This document shows positions 18,684 to 30,300 of a stretch of DNA of 64,000 bases, in pieces; within the stretch, counting starts at the first letter, position 1, and each line of letters opens with the position of its first letter. The DNA comes from a virus (taxonomy: Duplodnaviria > Caudoviricetes). The stretch lies in IMG/VR virus record IMGVR_UViG_3300027969_000041. One strand, 5' to 3'. Below the pieces are notes generated by a model. It was not told the DNA's origin. It did no database searches and worked only from the letters and a program-made list of their open reading frames with translations. The translations under genes and the position numbers were made by a program.

Positions 18684-21600
18684 TATCCAAACACCGTATC
18701 TAAACTATTTGTAGCAGCGTTATAGAATTGATAAACTGCACTTGTTCCTGTCGAAGTTCCAAATCCAACTCTGTTACCAACATAGACACTGTCTTTAACA
18801 CCAACGCCACCTGTTACAGTTAATGCACCAGTATTTGTTGATGTACTTGCGGTTGTATTTGTAATACCAATTGAATTATTAGTAGTTGCACCTCTAGTAG
18901 TAACAGTTTGTAATGTGCTAGTATTCGATACTGTTACAGCACCTGTACTTGTATTGACCGCAGTATCAGTGCCTGCAAATATTGTTGTCTGCGTTGCCTG
19001 TGTAACAAATTGATTAACTGTAGCAGTTGTTATAATCTGTGCGCCAGCAACATATGATGTGTTAAGAACATATAATGCACCGCCTATACCAACTCCACCA
19101 GTTACCTGTAATGCACCACTGTTAGTTGATATTGCTGCGGTTGCATTTGTAATACTAATTGCGGCATTGGTAGTTGCACCACGACCAGTTACAGTCTGTA
19201 ATGTACTTGTATTCCAAATTGTAATAACACCAGTGCTTGTATTAACAGCAGTATCAGTGCCAGCAAATACAGTTGTCTGGCTGGCATATTGATTAACTGT
19301 GGCAGTTGTTATAATCTGTGCGCCGGAAACATAACTTGTCTGGCCAATATATACTGCGCCACCTATACCAACTCCGCCAGCGACTTGTAGGACACCAGTT
19401 ATAGTTGAACTAGATGCAGTAGTATCTACTAGGATAATACTACCAAGACGGAATGTTCCGTTTGTACCAGTTATGTTAATATCGTTATCAGGGCCTGCGT
19501 GAGATAACCATTCTAGATAACCTGTGGCATTATCGCGGCCTAAGAAAGAGTTGCGATCTGCAGTATCATAGTAATGGAAACGGAAACCAATATCTTTTCC
19601 GTCATTACCAAACCATTCTGGGCTGTAGTGTAGTTCAGTTATGTTATCAGTATAAACGGTGTTAGTTGATAATATGTAAGTAGTAGTACCGCTGAATATA
19701 ACATTATTTTGGAATACGGCAGGCCCATTTACAAACAATGATGAGCCAATTCCAACACCGCCTGCTACATACAATGCATTATTTTGTACCGTAGAAGTGC
19801 TGGCTACGGTGCTTAAAATAGTTGCACTACTGCCAACATTCAATGTCTTACCAATTCCAACACCACCTACAACAGTAACAGCTCCTGTAATAGTTGAGCT
19901 ACTATCTGTAGAGTTAGTAAAGATAAATGTGCTAGTGGTTGTAGTTGTCAATCCTTGAGCACCTGTTGCACCTGTTGCACCTGTTGCACCCCTAGGGCCT
20001 TGTCCACCTTGTACGCTGTTTTCTAAGGCTGCATAATCAATCCATGTTCTGTGTGCTGTGTTGCCTGAAGATACATGATATATTCTAGCAGTAACTTTAC
20101 CACCTGACAAGTATGGGGCAGAATCAATAACACTTAGAATAAATTGGAACCAGTTTGTTGATCCTGAATAGGTAGTAAGTGTATCCCATGTTAGTGTCGC
20201 ATAGTTGTACAAATCAATTTCTACAGTATGACCTGATGATGCTGTATAGTTGATGTTTAATACTAATCTTGTAAAATCAGTAACATTAGAGAAGCCAATG
20301 TAGACTACGTATGCTGGAGCACCTGTGGCATCATTGATGCTATAGAATCCAGTATTAGTTCCAGTATTGTAATCATTAATTGTACTAACATCATTTACGG
20401 TGCCAAAATTGTAAGTACCGTAGCTAGTGCTTGTTCCTGCTATTGTAGACAATCCTGTTTGTGATGTAGGATCGTTGGTAATATAAGTTGCAGTAAATGT
20501 AACTGTTTCTAAATCGCCTGCTGTGAGAATCTTTGATCCGTTAACATAGCTGGTATTTGCTACATTGATTGATCCACCTATGCCTAAATAGTTTGCAAAA
20601 TAGCTATCACCAGTAACACCTAAACCTCCACTACTAATTTTTAATGTTTGGCTAGTAACTGTGCCGCTGCTTGCAACACCGCCACTCAGTGTACTAGTTG
20701 TAGACCAAATAGGTGCATTGTTAACATAAGTTAACACGCTGTTTGTAGAACCACCTGCTAGCAATGCTGTTGTGTCTGTAGCAGATTGGTACACTAAACT
20801 GCCAGTGCTGCCACCTAATACATTTGTTGCATAGGTAGCAGTACTAGCAGTTAATGCCAATGTGGCAGTTGTTGCTAACAATGCTGCGGCTGCTGTGTCA
20901 GCGTATCCTACACGGATACTTGTTGTGTTTGTATATTGCGGACCGCTTGTTCCATTACTTGTTAAGATTTGACCTGCTGTGCCGGGCCCTGCAAATCCAG
21001 TAGAGCTTGTAGTTACTTGATACACTACCTGGCCAGCGGTACCACCTTTAACATTATCAGCAAATGATGTGTTTCCAGAACTTAAATTACCTAAAGATGT
21101 CCACTCTGGGGTTAACCCATTAGATGTTAAAATATAAGTTGATGTTCCTATTCCTAAGAATGTAGTAACACCGGATGTTGTTTGATACGGGACACTTCCG
21201 CCTAATCCACCGGCAATATTAGTTGCTGTATTTGCTAACAATGCTAGAGTAGCCGTATTTGCTAACAATGCTATTGTAGCAGTATTTGCTAGTAATGCTA
21301 AAGTTGCTGTCTCAGCAGTTAGTGCATAAGTTGCTGTATTTGCTAACAATGCTATTGTAGCAGTATTTGCTAACAATGCAAAAGTGGCAGTATTTGCTAA
21401 CAATGCAAAAGTGGCAGTGTCTGCTAATAATGCATGAGTAGCTGTTTCAGCAGTTAGTGCATAAGTTGCTGTATTTGCTAGCAATGCAAAAGTAGATGTT
21501 CCGCCATTCAACGCATAAGTTGCTGTTGTTGCTAACAATGCAAAAGTGGCAGTGTCTGCTAATAATGCATGAGTAGCTGTTTCAGCAGTTAGTGCATAAG

Positions 21601-23881
21601 TTGCTGTATTTGCTAGCAATGCAAAAGTGGCAGTGTCTGCTAATAATGCATGAGTAGCTGTTTCAGCAGTTAGTGCATAAGTTGCCGTTGTTGCTAAAGA
21701 TGAATAAGTGGCCGTATTTGCCAGCAATGCAAAAGTAGCCGTATTTGCTAGTAATGCTAAAGTTGCTGTTCCGGCAGTTTGTGCGTATACAGCATCAGTA
21801 ACAAATTCTGCATAAGTTGCAGTAAATGCATATGTCGACGATGTGGCAAAACCGGCAGTCGTTGCAGTAAATGCATATGTTGACGATGTAGCAAAACCAG
21901 CAGTCGTTGCATAAGTCGCTGTATTTGCTAACAATGCTAATGTAGCTGTGTTTGCAAGTAGTGCTAATGTGGCTGTATCTGCAAGCAATGCACGAGTTGC
22001 CGTGTTTGCTGATAACGCATAAGTTGCTGTGTTTGCTAACAATGCCAATGTAGCAGTGTCGGCTAACAATGCACGAGTTGCTGTATTTGCAAATAATGCT
22101 GTAGTGGCTGTATCTGCAAGCAATGCACGAGTTGCTGTGGTAGCCAATAATGCTGTGGTAGCGGTATTTGCTAGTAATGCGTAAGTTGCTGTATCTGCAA
22201 GTAAAGCACGAGTTGCTGTATTTGCAAATAATGCTGTAGTGGCAGTAGTTGCATATCCTACAGTTAATGTACTAGCAGTAGTCCATTGAGGAACAGATGA
22301 AGTAGCGTTAAATGTTAATACACTGCCATTTGCGCCATTTGCTAAGAATGTTGTTCGTCCGACAGAAGTTTGATATACTATATTTCCTGCTAGACCGGCG
22401 GCTAAATGACTTGCAGTAGATGAAAACTCTACAGACCCTTGAGTTGCATATCCCCATTCTGCTGTATTAGACCCCAAGTTCCATAATAACACCTGGCCTT
22501 GAGAACTACCAGGAGTAATGAAAGTTGTAACGCCATTATTTGTTTGGATTGGAATTGATCCATTTTGTCCGCCAGTTAAATTCTGCGAACGAGAAATTGT
22601 ACCAATTAATATCTGTGTTAGAGTATTGTAAAATATATTTGATTGGCTGGCCAGTCTGCTATCGGAAGTTTGATAAACTAATCCATTGTTAGTAACTGTA
22701 CTGTAGAAAGATACATTGGTTGCGGTAACTGTGCCGCCTACTCTCAAATCTTTGCCAATACCAACGCCGCCAACAACAGTTAGTGCGCCTGTGTTTGTAG
22801 TCCCGTTGTTTGAGGTAGTATTTGCTACCTGAATTGCACCAGTCTTAAATTCTCCATAGACTGTATTAGAAATTACACCATCAAATTCAGTTGAATCACT
22901 AAAAAATTCTAACTTCTTAGAATTGTTAGATAATAGTAGCAATGCATTTTTGTCACTGCTATTGTAATAATTAAATCTAAAACCAATATCTTTGCCGTCA
23001 TCGGCAATCCAGGTACCGTCAATACCAGTTAGTGGCACATGTAAATCTATTAAATTATCTGTATAGATTGTATTTGTACTGTAAACGTAGGTTGTTGCAC
23101 CTTGAAAATACACATCATTCTTAAAGACTGCTGTTCCACTAACTGCCAGGCCACCGTATATTCCAACACCGCCTTCTACATATAACGCATTAGATTGTAA
23201 TGTTCCAGTATTTGATGCGGTGCTTAAAATAATAGCATTTCTAGCTACGCGAATGCCGCCTGCTATTTTGACTGCACCTGAACCTGCATAAGATGCAAGT
23301 GTGCCATCATCAAATGTTGATTGTCCTTGTACAGACAGTGTAGATAATAAACTAGCAGCACCAGTTAGTAATGAATTAACACCAACAGTTAAATTGTTGC
23401 CTACATATAAATTCTTAGCAACACCTATTCCGCCATTGACAACCAATGCTCCGGTGTTAGTTGATGTAGAATTAGTAGTATCTGTAAATTGTGCAGATGC
23501 TGTAACTAACTTAACTGAGCTTATTGTACTAGAAAATAATACAGTAGTACCAGTTGATGATAATACAACATTACCAATGTATAAAGAACTACCGCTTAAA
23601 TATAAATCGCTAAATGGGTTAGATGCTGAGCCAAGACTTAGACCGGATGTTATAGGAACTAACGGTCCACCTAAATTTGTTTGTCCAGTTACAGTTAGAG
23701 AGTTTTGTAGAAGCGTATTTCCAAAAATAGTTGCAGTTGTTCCTACAATTAAATTCTTAGCAATAGCAACTCCGCCTGCAACTTGTAAGGCGTCTGTTTG
23801 ATTTGTAGCACTGGTAACGGCACTATCGCCCTCGATAATTACACCGTTCTTGACTACAAAATCTCTATTAATCGCCACCAT
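18683..23881 (-). CDS. Long tail fibre-like protein (1732 aa) with Ala-periodic tandem repeats, a jelly-roll-like insert and a short collagen motif
   Basis: Repeated TGALxVxGGVG and GSxxYQ modules, about 33 TATxALLAN units, GPRGATGATGATGAQG. Confidence 0.8.
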   Translation of the reverse strand: MVAINRDFVVKNGVIIEGDSAVTSATNQTDALQVAGGVAIAKNLIVGTTATIFGNTLLQNSLTVTGQTNLGGPLVPITSGLSLGSASNPFSDLYLSGSSLYIGNVVLSSTGTTVLFSSTISSVKLVTASAQFTDTTNSTSTNTGALVVNGGIGVAKNLYVGNNLTVGVNSLLTGAASLLSTLSVQGQSTFDDGTLASYAGSGAVKIAGGIRVARNAIILSTASNTGTLQSNALYVEGGVGIYGGLAVSGTAVFKNDVYFQGATTYVYSTNTIYTDNLIDLHVPLTGIDGTWIADDGKDIGFRFNYYNSSDKNALLLLSNNSKKLEFFSDSTEFDGVISNTVYGEFKTGAIQVANTTSNNGTTNTGALTVVGGVGIGKDLRVGGTVTATNVSFYSTVTNNGLVYQTSDSRLASQSNIFYNTLTQILIGTISRSQNLTGGQNGSIPIQTNNGVTTFITPGSSQGQVLLWNLGSNTAEWGYATQGSVEFSSTASHLAAGLAGNIVYQTSVGRTTFLANGANGSVLTFNATSSVPQWTTASTLTVGYATTATTALFANTATRALLADTATYALLANTATTALLATTATRALLADTATTALFANTATRALLADTATLALLANTATYALSANTATRALLADTATLALLANTATLALLANTATYATTAGFATSSTYAFTATTAGFATSSTYAFTATYAEFVTDAVYAQTAGTATLALLANTATFALLANTATYSSLATTATYALTAETATHALLADTATFALLANTATYALTAETATHALLADTATFALLATTATYALNGGTSTFALLANTATYALTAETATHALLADTATFALLANTATFALLANTATIALLANTATYALTAETATLALLANTATIALLANTATLALLANTATNIAGGLGGSVPYQTTSGVTTFLGIGTSTYILTSNGLTPEWTSLGNLSSGNTSFADNVKGGTAGQVVYQVTTSSTGFAGPGTAGQILTSNGTSGPQYTNTTSIRVGYADTAAAALLATTATLALTASTATYATNVLGGSTGSLVYQSATDTTALLAGGSTNSVLTYVNNAPIWSTTSTLSGGVASSGTVTSQTLKISSGGLGVTGDSYFANYLGIGGSINVANTSYVNGSKILTAGDLETVTFTATYITNDPTSQTGLSTIAGTSTSYGTYNFGTVNDVSTINDYNTGTNTGFYSINDATGAPAYVVYIGFSNVTDFTRLVLNINYTASSGHTVEIDLYNYATLTWDTLTTYSGSTNWFQFILSVIDSAPYLSGGKVTARIYHVSSGNTAHRTWIDYAALENSVQGGQGPRGATGATGATGAQGLTTTTTSTFIFTNSTDSSSTITGAVTVVGGVGIGKTLNVGSSATILSTVASTSTVQNNALYVAGGVGIGSSLFVNGPAVFQNNVIFSGTTTYILSTNTVYTDNITELHYSPEWFGNDGKDIGFRFHYYDTADRNSFLGRDNATGYLEWLSHAGPDNDINITGTNGTFRLGSIILVDTTASSSTITGVLQVAGGVGIGGAVYIGQTSYVSGAQIITTATVNQYASQTTVFAGTDTAVNTSTGVITIWNTSTLQTVTGRGATTNAAISITNATAAISTNSGALQVTGGVGIGGALYVLNTSYVAGAQIITTATVNQFVTQATQTTIFAGTDTAVNTSTGAVTVSNTSTLQTVTTRGATTNNSIGITNTTASTSTNTGALTVTGGVGVKDSVYVGNRVGFGTSTGTSAVYQFYNAATNSLDTVFG
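21222..22255 (-). repeat. Coding tandem array of 27-nt (9-aa, TATxALLAN) units with 81-nt higher-order repeats
   Basis: About 33 units counted in the translation; near-identical 81-nt blocks start near 21402, 21537 and 21618. Confidence 0.95.
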
Positions 23882-23895
23882 TTAATTCTCTCCAG

Positions 23896-24981
23896 TTATA
23901 CAGACATAGCTGTTCTTAGTACTTTAACAGTTTTAGGAGTAGCATCACTGGCAATAAATTTCAGCGAAACTACAAAATCTCCTCCAGTATTTTGAAAATC
24001 TGCATCAAAATCTCCTAGATCTCCATCTGGGAATATGTTAGCATATTCTGTAATACTTACGGTTCCTGCGTTAGTTACTAATAACAAAAGTTCAGTTACC
24101 TGACAACGAGAGTTTATAATATCTCCTTCATCAATTTGTATCATATATTTTGCTGATCTAAATTGTTTGAATGAGAATGTATCGATAACTGTCGGTGCTG
24201 TACTATTTACCATGACTGAAGATGAATCAAAAATGGCATCTGAAATTTTAACACTTTCGGCGTTTACTCGGCCTCCTACTCCAACACCACCTGTAACTAC
24301 TAATGCACCAGTTGTGGTGCTAGTAGAAGAAGAAGTATTTGTAATGCGGAGTGTTCCAGTAATAGTACCACCGTTATAGTTAGTCACTGGGGTAGCCCAA
24401 ACAACTCCTGTAGCAGTAGTTGTTAGAACTTGTCCTGTTGTGCCGGTAGACCCTGCTGCATATAAGTATCCACCTAATGCTAAATTGCCGCCTAGGCCTA
24501 GGCCGCCTTTGACTACAACTGCACCTGTTACGGTAGAAATAGAGTTTGTTGTATTAAAGAATGAAACTCGATTTGTTGTAGTAGATCCACGGCCTGTTAC
24601 AGATTGTAAAGTAGATGTATTGGAAATAATTACTGCACCTGAACCCGGTTCAATGAATGCACTAATATCAGGGCCTTCAACAATGCCATCTGCAAAAGTT
24701 GCTGTTGTTAAGACATAATGGCCTTTAGCATATAAGTCGCCACCTAACCATAAGTCGCCACCAATACCAACACCACCAAACACTACTAGAGATCCAGTAA
24801 TAGTTGAAGTAGCATTTGTAGCTGATGAAATAATAACGCTGGTCGCTGTCAACGTACCAAACGTTGTACTCGGGTTTGGTGCTTTAATCCAAGCGTATCC
24901 TGTCCACTGATATATAATACCACCTACAGTATATCGATCGCCCGGATTAGGATTTGTGGGGAAATTTAATGAAGTTGCCAT
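23896..24981 (-). CDS. Fibre/virion structural protein
   Basis: Four TG(A/S)xVVxGGxG repeats; N-terminal LNFPTNP..GD.Y..GG..YQW motif; C-terminal beta domain IDTFS...FRSAKYMIQI. Confidence 0.7.
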   Translation of the reverse strand: MATSLNFPTNPNPGDRYTVGGIIYQWTGYAWIKAPNPSTTFGTLTATSVIISSATNATSTITGSLVVFGGVGIGGDLWLGGDLYAKGHYVLTTATFADGIVEGPDISAFIEPGSGAVIISNTSTLQSVTGRGSTTTNRVSFFNTTNSISTVTGAVVVKGGLGLGGNLALGGYLYAAGSTGTTGQVLTTTATGVVWATPVTNYNGGTITGTLRITNTSSSTSTTTGALVVTGGVGVGGRVNAESVKISDAIFDSSSVMVNSTAPTVIDTFSFKQFRSAKYMIQIDEGDIINSRCQVTELLLLVTNAGTVSITEYANIFPDGDLGDFDADFQNTGGDFVVSLKFIASDATPKTVKVLRTAMSV

Positions 24982-24997
24982 AGTTGTAATCTTTTAA

Positions 24998-26896
24998 TTA
25001 TATACCTGTAAGTTGTAGCCAAATTCTATTGGTACCATCTTTTATCCACTGTAGCACTACGCCATTTACAGTATCAACCCAGGTATCACCTATTCTAGGA
25101 TTTGCAGGAGGTGTATCACTTACGGTCACACGAGGTGAATATAGTAAATTTCCTTCATCTGGATTTCCACTTGCACTATAAATATTTCCTGGAACATTTA
25201 ATAAGTTTGTACCGGATGAATAATAAGAACTTGTAGATGTCGCAGATGTGACATAGTTTAATTTTGCGTTACTGTATTCTGGAGAATAAGAACCTATTAT
25301 GTCTGTTAATCCTAGATAATATACATGACTTGCAGTGGTCTGATTGACAAAAATAGCGTTACTAGCAGTAGATGCTCCACCACCTAAAGCCAATCCGCCA
25401 ATATCTCCCCAATATGGAACATCTCCGTTTGATAATAAAACAGTATTTGTGCTGCCTATTGGTAAAAGTAAAGTAGTACTAGTTCCTGTTTGGTACGGAA
25501 CACTACCCCTTGCACCACCTCTAATATTTGTTGCAGTATTAATTGCGCCATTGATGTTTCCTAATACTGTTAAGTCTTGCCCAACGAATACATCTTTTCC
25601 AAATGCTGCTCCGCCGGCAACTACTACTGCGCCTGTTGTAGTACTTGTAGAAGTTACTGTTGACTCAACACATATATTATCTTCTACATGAACTCCACCT
25701 ATAACCCATAATGCCGCAGTGCTGGTTCCGCACGGTGTTCCTAATCCAACTTCAACATCAGCCATTAATTCTAAATTACCTAGACCGTTGTAATAAAATA
25801 CGCTGCCAATATTAACTTGATTGTCTACGCCATCTACAATGTTATCACCACCTATAGCAATAATTCCACTGGCATTTGTAATATTTTGACCAACTTCGTG
25901 ACCAATAAAGAAATTGTAAGAACCAGTTGTTAAATTTGCAGCAACACCGTCACCGAATAAAAAGTTTTGTTTGCCGTCGATGAGTTTTGAACCTGCATTA
26001 GTACCAATAGCAATGTTATTGTCTCTTTCTAATAATCTAGAAACAGTACCGCTAGAAATATAAGTTGAAAAACCGGTCCCGTCAACTGGAATACTAACGT
26101 TAATATTTGAATATAATTCTATTTGAAATGTAGATATAGGTTTTGCATAGCATCTAAGTTGATTAATCTCAGTCATGCCTGTTACACCAGTTATGATAAT
26201 ATGTGTACCAGTTGTGACACCGTGATCTACTGCTTCTATAATAATAGGATTAGTCTTTGAAATTGCTGCAATTAGTGCAATAGGAACATACTGAATAGAT
26301 CCAGTTGCCTTAAGAGCACTGTCACCTATTGCAATAGTGTTTCTAATTTCAGTACCAGAATTTAATGCAAAACGCCCTAGTGCAATACTCTTATAAGAAG
26401 TTGATAAACCTAATAAAGAATCATTACCGATTGCAATGCTTGCTTGTCCTTCACTGTAGGTATTAACTTGAGGAACTGCTGTACCACGAACAACAATATT
26501 GTTAACGCCTTCGTAACCTTGTCCAATAGTTAAACCATTAACAACAATGTCATCATAAATGTTCATTGCGCCGCCAACACCTACACCCCCTTTAACTACA
26601 AGAGCGCCAGTCGTTGTGCTTGTGGATGCAGTACTACTAGTAACATAAACAAAACCAGTTCCAGTTCCTGCAAGTCTAATCATGCCGTCTGGAAGATTAC
26701 TATAAACAGTTCCAGAATTTATTTCTAAATTACCTAAACTAGAACGATACGATGTTCTTAACAGCGCATCAGTAACAACAGTATAACCTGTGCTAGTTGT
26801 AGGTGATTCTGGCAGCTGTGGTTGTGCAGTTGCTAGAGTAATAAACTCATTGCTACCTCCAGCACGTAATGTTGATCCACTTAATAGTTTAGACAT
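24998..26896 (-). CDS. Fibre-like protein with YadA-head-like IAIG repeats
   Basis: SIAIGNDSL, SIALGRFAL, TIAIGDSAL and NIAIGTNAG repeats; C-terminal PPANPRIGDTWVD. Confidence 0.7.
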   Translation of the reverse strand: MSKLLSGSTLRAGGSNEFITLATAQPQLPESPTTSTGYTVVTDALLRTSYRSSLGNLEINSGTVYSNLPDGMIRLAGTGTGFVYVTSSTASTSTTTGALVVKGGVGVGGAMNIYDDIVVNGLTIGQGYEGVNNIVVRGTAVPQVNTYSEGQASIAIGNDSLLGLSTSYKSIALGRFALNSGTEIRNTIAIGDSALKATGSIQYVPIALIAAISKTNPIIIEAVDHGVTTGTHIIITGVTGMTEINQLRCYAKPISTFQIELYSNINVSIPVDGTGFSTYISSGTVSRLLERDNNIAIGTNAGSKLIDGKQNFLFGDGVAANLTTGSYNFFIGHEVGQNITNASGIIAIGGDNIVDGVDNQVNIGSVFYYNGLGNLELMADVEVGLGTPCGTSTAALWVIGGVHVEDNICVESTVTSTSTTTGAVVVAGGAAFGKDVFVGQDLTVLGNINGAINTATNIRGGARGSVPYQTGTSTTLLLPIGSTNTVLLSNGDVPYWGDIGGLALGGGASTASNAIFVNQTTASHVYYLGLTDIIGSYSPEYSNAKLNYVTSATSTSSYYSSGTNLLNVPGNIYSASGNPDEGNLLYSPRVTVSDTPPANPRIGDTWVDTVNGVVLQWIKDGTNRIWLQLTGI

Positions 26897-26910
26897 TGTT
26901 TCTCTCTGTA

Positions 26911-27291
26911 TTATTCGTTAGCAGTTTCTAAAATACTTAGTGTTAACTGTAATGTACTCGTAGTTGAACTATAAGCTCGTATACTATCAAAACTTTCAAT
27001 AATTAACTTTCCTGTTAGTATACTTGCGGCATCACTGGCCGGTACTGCAAAATTTCTAACTAGGTAAGAAGTACCAGTTGATTGCCCTCCATTACCTTGA
27101 GCATCAGCTAACACAGGCCGATTTCTTGAATGAACAAAAGTCACTATTTGAGTTTGTGTGCTTATGTTAGCTACTTGTGCCATTAGCACAATTGAAGTTA
27201 CACCAACTGGAGCAACATATACATTAGTACTGGGACTATTACCGAGTAATGCAGTTTTAGTTTTGAATGTGTTTAATGGAATTAATGCCAT
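26911..27291 (-). CDS. Small beta-sandwich structural protein
   Basis: 126-aa ORF, VYVAPVG.TSIVLMAQVAN...LTLSILET pattern; in the fibre block. Confidence 0.6.
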   Translation of the reverse strand: MALIPLNTFKTKTALLGNSPSTNVYVAPVGVTSIVLMAQVANISTQTQIVTFVHSRNRPVLADAQGNGGQSTGTSYLVRNFAVPASDAASILTGKLIIESFDSIRAYSSTTSTLQLTLSILETANE

Positions 27292-27301
27292 AATCTTTCC
27301 T

Positions 27302-30300
27302 TTATAGGTTTCCGCCTTCGATGGCTAAGATGAACGGTGTCATGTTAGCAAATAACGATTTAGTAAATGTTCTACCACTTAGAACACCTGTTGCTTGACT
27401 GATAACTAGGCCCGGACCAATACGGAAATCACCGTTCTGATCAGTGCTTGTAAAGAATACTTTACCACTGCCTAATTGAACAGTCTCTTTTCCTTGTACG
27501 GGATCAGCAATACCAAACTGTGGTAATGCTCCGTAATTGGTACCTGCTCCAACATACTCAAATACATAACCCGACGCACTAATATAACTGCGTTGATAAA
27601 AATTAATTTCTGAACCATCTGGAAACAAATCATTACGTCTTACATTTTCACCCAATGAAACAATGTGATGTGTACCACTACGAGACCAATAACTTAACCC
27701 AGTCATAACAGAATTGTATCTTCCACCTGTTTCAATATCATATATTAAACGTTGTAGAATAATCTTAACATCTCGTTTACATTTATTTTCATCATATACA
27801 AATCCAGGATTTGTAGATTTAACATAACAATTTATTTCATCGATGATAAAATCAGTGTTATGTTCAAGTAAAGCAATTGCAGAACCACCTCCCTGAACAT
27901 CAGGCCCTGTTCTAGTTCTTATCTTCTCAGGAATAATTGCTTCAGCTTGGGTAACAGTTGCAGTACTTACAATACTGATAATTTCACCAAATCTTAAATT
28001 AATAAATGTTTGTGCGGCAGCACCACCGGTTACTAAATTATCAATAAGTTGATGTGTAGTCACTCCTGTACTTGTTGTCACAACAGTGTTAGAAATAATC
28101 TGATTAACAACAGTGTTCATTCTTGTCAATGCGGTTACGTGTTGCGCTACTTGATCAGTTCCGCCTGTAGCGGCAGCAGACAATAAATTAACACCGTTTG
28201 TTTTTGGATTTTCTGCAACTTCACTGCTTAAAACTGTATAATAAGCATTTCCACAGAAATATAAGTTAAAGAAATTATCATTTCCTACTTCGCCACCACC
28301 GCTGGTTAATGCATAATTTAATGTAACGCTTCTATACCCTAAATCACTAACAATTGTACCTGTGGCGGCATATAGCAATCCGTTAGTACCAGTTTGACTT
28401 CCGTATTGATCTCTAACATACAATGCATTACCAATTGCAATACCATCGGTATTAATATTAGAAATTGTAATAGAGCCGGTGGTTAAACTTGATAAACTTG
28501 GTACAGCATTTAAGAATCCAGGGAATGCTTGTTCATTAAGGTGGCCTGTCGGAGGCAATACCTCCATGACTAAAGAAATATGCGGTCTGTCATTTAGATC
28601 AGGAATGAATGCTTCTACTCTTGCATTGTTTGGCCAGTAACCATTTGGATAGTATTGGTCTAAATCTGTGCCTTTAGGGTATGCTTTGTATGCGGGGTTA
28701 TATATAGTTCCGGTAAATTTACGGGTTCCGTAACCTTTAGCTACTAAGCATAGATCACCGAAGTTAGCGTTACTATTAACAATAGAAGCGATACCACCAT
28801 TGTCAACTTGAACACCTACACTTGAGAAAATTGTAAACACCGAAACTAACTGTGCATATCCATCATTGGTAATTCTAACACCGCGTCCGCCTTGTGTCAA
28901 TTGTGTAAACGCATCATAAACAAAAGAGTTAATAGGACTGCGTGTACTAATAACAGCACCGTCAACTAAACTTCCACCCATACCACCTATTGGATCAACT
29001 CTTCGTTGCGCCCATTGGTCTGGAACATCTTTATCTTGTTTAGGGAACACTAATGTGTCACCAAAATACAATGTTGAATTTGTTCCAAATCCTATAGTTG
29101 CGGTATTCAGCCCGATCAAATAAGTGCCAGTTGATATGTTAGTTACAGATGTAACTTTTGGAGATAGCTTAACGTCAAGACCATTAATTCCAGTTAACGC
29201 ATATAATCCGCCACCTTGATATACCGGTGGAGCATATTCTTTACCGCGTGTAATAATATCAGAAATAATATGGAAGTTACGAGCAACAGCTTGTTGTGGC
29301 ATATAATCTCCACCATACTGGAAGAATGTATTAATTACCTGCGTTGACTGTGTTCCTGTTTGTGGAGTAATTGGAGTGTTTGCAATAATCTGTAAGGCAA
29401 TATCTTTAATATAAGTAATTGCCATTGTAGTAGTTGTCTCTTGTCCTGCTACATAGTTATATCCTTGATTCCAATACGCAACGCCTGCTTCAACAGATTT
29501 ACTATTTCCACCTAATAAAATATCCTGGCTTACTGCATCAATTAACAGGCCGGTATCTCGATAACATAGTTCCTCGTCGTATTTGAAAGAATTAGGATTA
29601 TACTTATTATCAATGTATGCAACTACTTCAGCTTGTAAGAATGATTTATTTGCTATTAAATTATTAAAAGCTGTTAATACAGTTGTGCTTGATGAAGCAG
29701 TTAGCCCAATTGGACTATACAAATATCCAACTGGGCCATTAGATATAATATTAGTAACTGTGGATATTGCTTTAGAAATTAAAGTCGATTCACTTGCTGT
29801 TGCAGTAGTGGCTCCAAATACTTGGTCAATCTTAGTTTGCAACGGAGTAACCGCAATGTTTTGTATTACATTTCCTGCTATTGTTGCTAGATATTGAAAT
29901 GCATCTGTAGTTTCAGCCTCTTCATTTTCAATTGTAATCTGTGTAGTGTTTGCAGCATAGTATGCAAGGCCAGATTGTACAGCTTGTCTGTTTCCTCCAT
30001 GCAATAAATCAAACGATACAGAGTCAATCATATAACCAATATCACGTTTACATTTAACAGGATCATAATGTCCAACAAATGTAGGATACGTTTGATCAAT
30101 GTAGGCTACTACTTCATTTTTCATATACGTTTTATTAGCCTGTAATAGATCTACAGCATTTTCTACACTGAATAAATTTGATTTATTTCCGTTAGTAATA
30201 ATCTTATCGGACCATCCTAGACTATTGCCACCTAATATATCAAGAATAATATTAAATTCATTGGCAATGATTAAGGCTTCATCTGCGGTTGCTGCTTCTA

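Noticed and set aside
21222-22255. Repeat array read as CRISPR or DGR template/variable repeats
   Set aside because: The units are in-frame coding repeats without spacers, the variation is not adenine-specific, and no reverse transcriptase or cas gene is in the window.
26100-26260. Segment resembling the ubiquitin-activating E1 FCCH-like annotation (ISKTNPIII...DHGVTTG..IIITGVTGMTEIN)
   Set aside because: This small beta domain is common in phage structural proteins; there is no E1 catalytic domain or ubiquitin-like gene here.
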